The notes under the pieces are model-generated. The model had not been told where the DNA came from and did not search any database. It worked only from the letters and a program-made list of their open reading frames with translations. DNA of 64,000 nucleotides, from positions 32,001 through 96,000 of the forward strand of contig CAVUVW010000025.1 of assembly GCA_963745035.1 (NCBI GenBank), written 5' to 3'. Shown here piece by piece: positions 58,001 to 64,000 of this stretch. Numbering within the stretch: position 1 is the first letter of the stretch; the number at the start of each line of letters is the position of its first letter. The position numbers and the translations under genes are program-made. The stretch comes from an uncultured delta proteobacterium (GTDB lineage: Bacteria; Desulfobacterota; Binatia; UBA9968).

Positions 58001-58736
58001 TAATCAACCGGTCGGTATTTTTCCGATGATCAATGCCACCTGTGTACATGACAAACGGCCGGGTCAAATCATAACGGTGTCTAATAATATCTTCCTGAGC
58101 ATTCGTAAGGTATATCGGGTGAAAAATTGCATCTGCCGCTGTTGATACATTTACTACCCACTCCTCCGGCAAATTTAGTAAGGCTATCGCGTCACGTCTG
58201 GAACACTCGGAAATCGATAGCCAAAGTTGTGCGCGCCGTAAGCTGCCCAGCTTCCGCTCGTACCAGGACTCTATTACTGGATCCACGAGGTAGAGATAAC
58301 GATAAATGAGCGGGATCAGATCATACAGAGTGATCGCCGTCGTCGATGTGCTTTTGAGCGTACCAATCGACGTCACGATGTCGTCCCCCAGACCCTCAAA
58401 AAGACTCGAAACGTGAACCACATCGGGCTTTAGATTCGCGAGAGAAGCCTCCCGCAAGCGTTCAGCCGCTTGCCGCCTCCAGCGGTTTTCTAACGTCGCT
58501 TCCGACACCGCTCCAGGCGACTGCCACATCACGATCTGTCTCTGTGGGATTAAGGTGTCGAAAGCGGCACGGATAGATTCAATAGTCTCTGGAAAAAGAC
58601 CATTGACTGCAAGAAACACCTCATGGCCGCCAGCATTACGGACGATAGCCTGCGTCAAAGATAATGTGTAGCGTCCAATGCCCCGATTGCGCGAGCCCGT
58701 GGACTGCGCACCTTGCATGTCAATAACAATGCGCAT
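55029..58736 (-). CDS. Three-domain GT4 glycosyltransferase, WbdA-like O-antigen polymerase
   Basis: MRIVIDMQGAQ..SRNRGIGRY start; three GT-B modules with EGFGLPVLE, GETSAAVLD and EGFGLPLIE. Confidence 0.85.
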   Translation of the reverse strand: MRIVIDMQGAQSTGSRNRGIGRYTLSLTQAIVRNAGGHEVFLAVNGLFPETIESIRAAFDTLIPQRQIVMWQSPGAVSEATLENRWRRQAAERLREASLANLKPDVVHVSSLFEGLGDDIVTSIGTLKSTSTTAITLYDLIPLIYRYLYLVDPVIESWYERKLGSLRRAQLWLSISECSRRDAIALLNLPEEWVVNVSTAADAIFHPIYLTNAQEDIIRHRYDLTRPFVMYTGGIDHRKNTDRLIKAYANLPSSVRSRYQLAIVCSASVEQTGEITRWAAKCGLAPDELILTGFVPDADLVALYNLCTAFVFPSLYEGFGLPVLEAMSCGAPVIGSDTSSLPELIGRDDALFDPHGEDKIAAKLHHVVTNDNFREHLKRHGLKQATKFSWDRSGRRAVEAFEHLHAYSRLAGTPRSWLASTHRAQLAYVSPLPPEKSGIADYSAELLPELARHYDIDVVINPVEMTNPWIKANCCIRSPEWFDQNAHRYDRIIYHFGNSVFHQHMFSLLERHPGTVVLHDFFLSGVLAHMEMSGYAPVAWSVALYASHGYCAIKERLAGSDVDAIAWKYPVNLQTLQNASGVIVHSELSRALAEHWYGEGKSDDWSVIPLLRAPPYGIDRTEARRVLNLGTDDFVVCSFGVLGRHKLSHRLLSAWLASALVTKPNCVLIFVGENQSDSYGAELANTIHHSSKRITITGWVDTPTYQRYLAAADVGVQLRALSRGETSAAVLDCMNYGLATIVNAEGSMAELPDDGVWKLEADFGENQLVSALESLWSDPTRRQQLGKTAQEIVRTRHAPRACADAYAAAIEGNYRKGLTGISALTQAMARLVPSPTETQTWISLSESIALSISPPIAPRQLFIDISELVQHDAGSGIQRAVRSILQELLNHGPEGFRVEPVYATTDRIYRYARRFTLRFLGCPDSLLSDDAIEFRVGDVFLGLDLQPEVVSAHQPFYQKLRNCGLGVYFVVYDILPIILPNAFPPGLADYYESWLRIVTQCDGAFCISKVVAAQLEEWLKQNGPVRQRPFRIEWFPLGADIAASSPSKGLPGGAKELLNAFADRPTFLMVGTLEPRKGHRQALAAFEQLWVSGIEADLVIVGKQGWMVEDLVQKLRGHPNFGKHLHWFEGISDEFLVMVYEASSALLAASEAEGFGLPLIEAAQHKLPIIARDIPVFRDAAGEHAFYFSGKEPENLATAIKEWLALAASGNAPCSDNIPWVTWRQSAQQLVNLVL

Positions 58737-60358
58737 TACCGTTCACTTGCTTCGACGGCACGCTTTAAATCAGCGTAAATGCGAGCAGCGCGGGGAGAGA
58801 GGTTTTGGATTGATTCTTCCGGCGTGTTCGGCGAGTAGGGTATCGCGTCAGTCGTTTCTGGTTCTGAGCCGCGTCTAAGCTCGTGACTAGTTGGCGTCGC
58901 TGCTTCCCAGCTAGTGATCAATCCTGCTCGGATGGCGAGCTGGCGCAGCCGATGTTTGAGCCAAGGATGCTTGGCAAGGACCTCCAACGCACGCGATTTT
59001 AGATGAGGATTGGAAAGGGTCTGGCTGATGGCCCATACGATTAGTGATTTGGCGATATGCTTGGGCAGGCGAAGTGCCTTGTGTACCGTGCGCATCGCCA
59101 GCGCCAACAAGCACTTGATCCCTTGCATGGTTTTGCGGAGCGGCCAAGTGATCCGCCAGGATTTGCTAGCATAAACTCCCTGTAATTCTAGGCTGAGCTG
59201 GTCAGCGACTGTCCACCAATGATGTGACGACTGATCGAGCTCATCAATTTTGACTTTGGCCGCGTCCCATTCGTTTTGCAGCCATTGGGCATGGGCTTGC
59301 AACTGGCTCTCATGCTTCCGCGCTCCCTGCAGGTCTGCACCAAGTTGCACCGTGCGCTGGCGCTCCGACTCAAGATCACCTTCCAGCCTGCCGTTACGAC
59401 GACTTAACTCTTCTAACCGATGCTTGGCCGCGTCCCATTCGTTTTGCAGCCACTGGGCATGGGCTTGCAACTGGCTCTCATGCTTCCGCGCTCCCTGCAG
59501 GTCTGCACCAAGTTGCACCGTGCGCTGACGCTCCGCGTCCCATTCGTTTTGCAGCCACTGGGCGTGGAGTTGCAGACGGGTAGTGTGCTCGGCGGCAAGG
59601 TTTTCGGCTCGCATGACTAACTCTTTTTCCCTTGCCTGATGTGACGTTATGAGCTCCCGACAAAGATAGGAACTTGAGCTGAGCACTACATTATCAAAAA
59701 AATTCGGAGGGCACGAAAATGCTTCCGCAAGGTCCGCATGTTCTTTCGATACGTAGAAGCGGTTGAGCCCGTCGAAGTACACAAATTGATATTTCGCGGC
59801 CGTAAGGATAGGGTCCCAAGTTGTGTAGTCAGTCTCGGGCGAGAGGGGGATGGTCGCCTCAACCACCATGACCCAGGGACGAAAAGTTTTGCTGTCCCAC
59901 CCTTTCAGCACCTTTTCTTCGAACCCTTCAACATCGATTTTCAGCCAGTGGACTTCTTTACCAGCCAAAGAAGATAACGCAGACTTTAGGGTTAAAACCG
60001 GAACTTGAATGCGCTCGTGCTTATACCCCTCCTCCACGTTGTAGCGCTGTGCATAAGCGTCCACGAAAGTGCTTAAGCCGGTGTCCGGAATGACGTTCAG
60101 ATCGAGCGTGCCGTCGGCATCACCCAATGCGACCTGTAAAACCGTCTCGTCGGGTCTGTCCTTACGCAGTAGCTCGGCAAATTGAGGCACAGGCTCAATG
60201 TGAATGCCCCGCCAACCGCGCTCGTAAAAAGCTTTGCTAACGGACTCATTGACTGGGTGTTGGGCGCCAACATCGACATAAAACCCCTTTTCGATATGCT
60301 TGAGCGCCCGCCAAAGCATGACATCTTCAAAATTCTGAGCGTACGAAACAAAACTCAT
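58736..60358 (-). CDS. FkbM-family methyltransferase with long coiled coil (WbdD-like chain terminator)
   Basis: SYAQNFED, DVGAQHP, KIDVEGFE, FDGLNRFY, then heptad repeats and amphipathic SKSWRITWPLR; sits between wzt and the polymerase. Confidence 0.82.
   Translation of the reverse strand: MSFVSYAQNFEDVMLWRALKHIEKGFYVDVGAQHPVNESVSKAFYERGWRGIHIEPVPQFAELLRKDRPDETVLQVALGDADGTLDLNVIPDTGLSTFVDAYAQRYNVEEGYKHERIQVPVLTLKSALSSLAGKEVHWLKIDVEGFEEKVLKGWDSKTFRPWVMVVEATIPLSPETDYTTWDPILTAAKYQFVYFDGLNRFYVSKEHADLAEAFSCPPNFFDNVVLSSSSYLCRELITSHQAREKELVMRAENLAAEHTTRLQLHAQWLQNEWDAERQRTVQLGADLQGARKHESQLQAHAQWLQNEWDAAKHRLEELSRRNGRLEGDLESERQRTVQLGADLQGARKHESQLQAHAQWLQNEWDAAKVKIDELDQSSHHWWTVADQLSLELQGVYASKSWRITWPLRKTMQGIKCLLALAMRTVHKALRLPKHIAKSLIVWAISQTLSNPHLKSRALEVLAKHPWLKHRLRQLAIRAGLITSWEAATPTSHELRRGSEPETTDAIPYSPNTPEESIQNLSPRAARIYADLKRAVEASER
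59256..59535. repeat. Intragenic direct repeat, two 112-bp copies 168 bp apart
   Basis: 59256-59367 versus 59424-59535 differ at 2 positions; a third partial copy lies at about 59533-59575. Confidence 0.9.
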
Positions 60359-61605
60359 TGGATACTTCTTTCACGCTTCCGAATAATAGAAAACTGCGCA
60401 TCGAGCCAATTGGTTCCTATGAAGATGTCTCGCTCCACATTGATCACTTCAAACACAAGCAGGTTATCGATCCATTCGTAGTTGTTGATTAAATGTGTCT
60501 CCGAGCTAACCAAAGCGGGGGAAACTGAATACGAGCCCGGTCCCAGCGTGCAGGTGAATGGCAGTTTGAAAACAACCGTTTCACCAGCTTTGACGTCTTC
60601 CTGAATTTGGCGCGTGTGCCAAGTGTTGGTGCCCCACACCACGTGGCCTTGTTTGTCGCGGATCATGTAGCCGAGCACGAGCCGAGGTAAGTCAGCGTGA
60701 ACAGACGCTTCCAGCCGGAGTTCTACCCTTTGACCGACTCTCGCAATGGCCAATTCCTCTCCGGAGAGCGCATCCAATAATCCCAGCGATTTCGCGCGCG
60801 CCTCACCCGTGCCGCTTCGAGTGAGCAACCAACCATTTTTCTGGCGACGCTGCTCAACACTAAGTTTCACGTTCTCCTTTTCTGCGATGAGTGCGTTGTA
60901 GTAGTCAATGACTGCATCCGGAGAACCATCCCTGAGCACCCGACCCTTATCCAATAAAATGACACGGTCACACAGCGTCCGCACATCACTGAGGCCATGG
61001 GTAACCAGCATGATTGAGACGCCTTCGTCTCTGAATTGACGTATCCGGTCAAAACTCTTGTGCTGAAAATAGCTGTCGCCCACCGATAGCGCTTCGTCGA
61101 CGATCAGCAAATCAGGTTTGAACGCGGTGGCAACACTGAACGCCACTCGCATTTGCATGCCGCTGGAGTAGGTACGTATGGGCTGGTCGAAATACTCTGC
61201 TATTTCGGCGAAAGCTTCGATTTCAGGCATGGCCCGTTTGATTTCCGTTTGGCTGTGGCCCATGAGCCCTGCGGAGTGGTACGCATTTTCCCGGCCGGTC
61301 AGCTCGGGATTGAAGCCCATACCTAGCTCCAGAATCGCGGAGACCCGGCCACTTAATTGGACAACGCCCTCTGTTGGACGAGTCGTGCCGACGATCAGCT
61401 TGAGCAGCGTGCTTTTGCCGGCACCGTTCTGACCAATAACACCGACAGATTCGCCGCCTCGGATTGAAAAACTCACGTCTTTGAGAACCCAATGCTCCTC
61501 CCTCGGTGCTATTGACGGCCAAAACCAGGAACCGATGCGCCGCCATTCGCTGCCCCACCCACGGTAAGACTTGCCGAGTCCTTTTACGTGCAATTCGCCG
61601 CTCAT
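60355..61605 (-). CDS. wzt: O-antigen ABC exporter ATPase Wzt with C-terminal carbohydrate-binding module
   Basis: GQNGAGKS, YSSGM, VDEALSVGD, VTH, Wzt_C-like extension. Confidence 0.92.
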   Translation of the reverse strand: MSGELHVKGLGKSYRGWGSEWRRIGSWFWPSIAPREEHWVLKDVSFSIRGGESVGVIGQNGAGKSTLLKLIVGTTRPTEGVVQLSGRVSAILELGMGFNPELTGRENAYHSAGLMGHSQTEIKRAMPEIEAFAEIAEYFDQPIRTYSSGMQMRVAFSVATAFKPDLLIVDEALSVGDSYFQHKSFDRIRQFRDEGVSIMLVTHGLSDVRTLCDRVILLDKGRVLRDGSPDAVIDYYNALIAEKENVKLSVEQRRQKNGWLLTRSGTGEARAKSLGLLDALSGEELAIARVGQRVELRLEASVHADLPRLVLGYMIRDKQGHVVWGTNTWHTRQIQEDVKAGETVVFKLPFTCTLGPGSYSVSPALVSSETHLINNYEWIDNLLVFEVINVERDIFIGTNWLDAQFSIIRKRERSIQ

Positions 61606-62396
61606 AGCTGGTCGACCATTTCGGGGCTGGCCCTACGGAATAGCACCAGAGCAAAACCCAGCAGGGTAGCGGCCATTAAGGCGACCACACTTAAACCGGC
61701 CCAATCTGGCGGGCGGTTGTACAACAACGCGTTTTGGTAGCCCGTAATGATCGGAATCAGCGGGTTTAGAAGCAACCATGCCCGGTATTGGCTTGGAATG
61801 ATGTCGGCCATATAAACGATCGGGGTTAGCCAGAAGAGAAACTGCATAACCACCGGCACAATCTGCCCAATGTCGCGCATAAAGACGTTGAGCACGCCCA
61901 AAGCCAAGCCAAACCCGAGCGCCAAAGCGATATTGATCAGCATCGGTGCGGGAAGCCAGATTAGAGCCGCACCAGGCGTATGCCCAAGTAGCCCAAAAAT
62001 CACTAGGATGGAAGAAAAGAGCAATATGTTGTTGACGAGAGCGCCACCTGTCGCAATGAGGGGCAAGGCGATTCTCGGGAAAACCAACTTCTTCAGAATA
62101 TTGCCGTTATCAATGAAAAGGGTCAGACAGCGGTTGACGATTTCTATAAATAGCGACCAGCCTAAAATCCCGGCCATAAGGTAAATCGGATACGCATATC
62201 GGTTCTCGCTCCCCGGCAGTCTTGCGGAGAGTACCGCCGAGAGCACAAACGCAAATATCACCACGTGGGACAGGGGGTTCAAAATCATCCACAGCCCACC
62301 CAATCGGCTCCGAACAAACCTGACCCGAAGGTCCGTTTTTATGGACGAGAGAATGAAATAACGGTATTGCCATGCTGCAGACAACATTCCTAACAT
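61602..62396 (-). CDS. wzm: O-antigen ABC exporter permease Wzm
   Basis: SRLGGLWMILNPL, KKLVFP, RDIGQ, LTPIVY, LNPL. Confidence 0.92.
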   Translation of the reverse strand: MLGMLSAAWQYRYFILSSIKTDLRVRFVRSRLGGLWMILNPLSHVVIFAFVLSAVLSARLPGSENRYAYPIYLMAGILGWSLFIEIVNRCLTLFIDNGNILKKLVFPRIALPLIATGGALVNNILLFSSILVIFGLLGHTPGAALIWLPAPMLINIALALGFGLALGVLNVFMRDIGQIVPVVMQFLFWLTPIVYMADIIPSQYRAWLLLNPLIPIITGYQNALLYNRPPDWAGLSVVALMAATLLGFALVLFRRASPEMVDQL

Positions 62397-62814
62397 TGGG
62401 AGATTCCCTGACTAATTTCGTCAAAAAATAGCTGAGTCATTAGGCGACATGACTCCTGCTCACAATATCCATTTCTTACCCTCCACGTCCAGCATCCATG
62501 CTTATCATCGAGGCTCGGACGTCTAGACACACGAATAGCATTCCTGGGAATTAGGAATCTGCCTCGATCACGGATGTGAGCGGCACTCCGAATTGACGTT
62601 CCGAGCCACAGAGTGAATTTGCCCGGATCAGCATTTCGTCTATGACTGCAAAGCAGTCTGATGCCGCAAGTCTACAATCAAGCAAAACTGTCGGATAATC
62701 TCGCTGGCGTCTATTAACGCGGAAACGTTGGTTCCAACAACTCATCCAGGAGTAAGTCAAAGGGCACGAATCACTCGGAGTGCAGCCTTTCTGGGATAGG
62801 TGCGCATCACCTGT

Positions 62815-63882
62815 TCACAAAGGAAGCAGCTTTCCGTTCCGCCATCCTTGAACACCGTCTACGGTCACCTGTGGAATCCCTTCCGTTATCTGCAGGATAG
62901 CGGGGCGCTCCATTTCGAGCAGCCAGCCAGCACTTAGGAGCGCACCGAACAAACGACCCTCGATCTGACGAGAATGCGTGCCAATCAGCATGTAGGCGAC
63001 CTTTTCAGAAAGCAGCGGTAGACAGGCATCAACCAAGTCAGCTTCACCGCCTTGAATATCGATGTGCAAGAGATCGATGCGGCAATGGGGGGCCATTACA
63101 TCCCCAAGTGGAATCATGGCCAACTCGTCATGGGAGCCTGATTGCAAGGCCAACCGGCGTTGCTCTTCGGTGGCGTTGAAGACAGGCTCCAATCCCCATT
63201 CGACTCCGGCGCGCTCTTGCCGAGGAAAGAGCGCGGTCCCTGCGGTCGGAGCTGCGATCCCGCGATGCACTATGTATTCCGAAGCTTTGAACCCGTTCTC
63301 CTGGGCAGCCTCGTAGGCGAAGGCGACATGGCCTTCGTCACCCTCAATGCCTATGATGTGCACATCGAGGCCTGCGCGTCGTGCCGCAACGCCGGCATTA
63401 TTCATCCAACATCCCCAACCGCACCCAAGTTCGATGATGGTGAACGTGTGACGTGCAAGTTCGACAGCTCGAAGAGCCGTCGCCCATTCGGCAATATCCG
63501 CGTGCCAATTTGCCGGTATAGGAATGCCCTCAACTTGACCGGCGCGGTCAGCCAGGATTGTCGGGAAAAACTTCGGATCGATCACGACGCCAAGGAAGTT
63601 AGTCAGATATCCTTCACGGGGCTTTAAATCACTGACTGCATGACGGCGTATGACGGCTTGAGCGTCGAACATCGTGTTATAATGAAAAAAAGGACTGCTT
63701 GACGGGACATCTTGTACATTTGCATGATCGTCTTGCATGGAGCTTCTAATCGTCGGTACGCTAGTGCGGCGAGGAAGCGAAACTATTCGTGCTTTCAGAC
63801 CAGAAGCGTATTCGAGAATCGCTTTAATTCTTGATGCGAGCTGCCGTTGAGCTCTGATATACGCTAAGGTAGCTTGCACCAT
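62815..63882 (-). CDS. FkbM-like SAM-dependent methyltransferase
   Basis: IELGCGWGCW, IDLLHIDIQGGE, IGTHS, DGVQGW; ATG 63882 has AAGGA upstream (the ORF track starts at TTG 63915). Confidence 0.65.
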   Translation of the reverse strand: MVQATLAYIRAQRQLASRIKAILEYASGLKARIVSLPRRTSVPTIRSSMQDDHANVQDVPSSSPFFHYNTMFDAQAVIRRHAVSDLKPREGYLTNFLGVVIDPKFFPTILADRAGQVEGIPIPANWHADIAEWATALRAVELARHTFTIIELGCGWGCWMNNAGVAARRAGLDVHIIGIEGDEGHVAFAYEAAQENGFKASEYIVHRGIAAPTAGTALFPRQERAGVEWGLEPVFNATEEQRRLALQSGSHDELAMIPLGDVMAPHCRIDLLHIDIQGGEADLVDACLPLLSEKVAYMLIGTHSRQIEGRLFGALLSAGWLLEMERPAILQITEGIPQVTVDGVQGWRNGKLLPL

Positions 63883-64000
63883 TATTGCCACTTCCTTTGT
63901 TTCCGGAGTTATCAAGACGCCTTGAAGATCGTCGTTTGCCGCACAAACGATCCGTAACGGTCCGCCCGGTGCTTAGTCAGCCGGCTTCAACTCTCATGGA

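Noticed and set aside
62400-62810. Possible small ORF or JUMPStart/ops element upstream of wzm
   Set aside because: No GGCGGTAG ops motif seen, and the 69-aa ORF has no supporting features.
46300-64000. Prophage, integron or IS as the vehicle of the lower-GC island
   Set aside because: No integrase, transposase, terminal inverted repeats or att-like direct repeats recognised within the window.

Overview
GC-rich Gram-negative bacterial chromosome segment. Gene content and style suggest a deltaproteobacterial lineage such as Ca. Binatia, which is an inference. From left to right: (1) a TetR regulator divergent from a lower phenylacetate-type beta-oxidation operon (paaF, paaG, split paaH, thiolase), then AsmA, DUF4911 and rnr; (2) an aromatic-catabolism cluster with two NitT/TauT substrate-binding proteins, an SDR, a bicupin and a Rieske oxygenase, followed by a PQQ-type dehydrogenase and di-haem cytochrome c; (3) a long minus-strand run of coxD, coxE, split xdhC, an archaeal-type CTP-dependent riboflavin kinase, ubiX, fni, two split-barrel flavoproteins and a MacAB-like ABC exporter, whose middle reads like a dedicated prenylated-FMN supply and maturation module; (4) a type II secretion cluster whose secretin carries a C-terminal SPOR domain; (5) a surface-polysaccharide locus (waaL, wcaJ, GT4) followed by a visibly lower-GC island with an amino-sugar/GT-C cassette, gmd, a three-domain WbdA-like polymerase, a methyltransferase with a freshly duplicated coiled coil, wzt and wzm. 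Four intergenic elements share a 7-nt-periodic inverted-repeat architecture despite different sequences, and GTAG-type REP palindromes are present. Four single-base frameshifts cluster at 18.5-23.6 kb and are probably assembly errors. No rRNA, tRNA, CRISPR array or intact transposase was recognised. All calls come from motif reading only; no searches were run.
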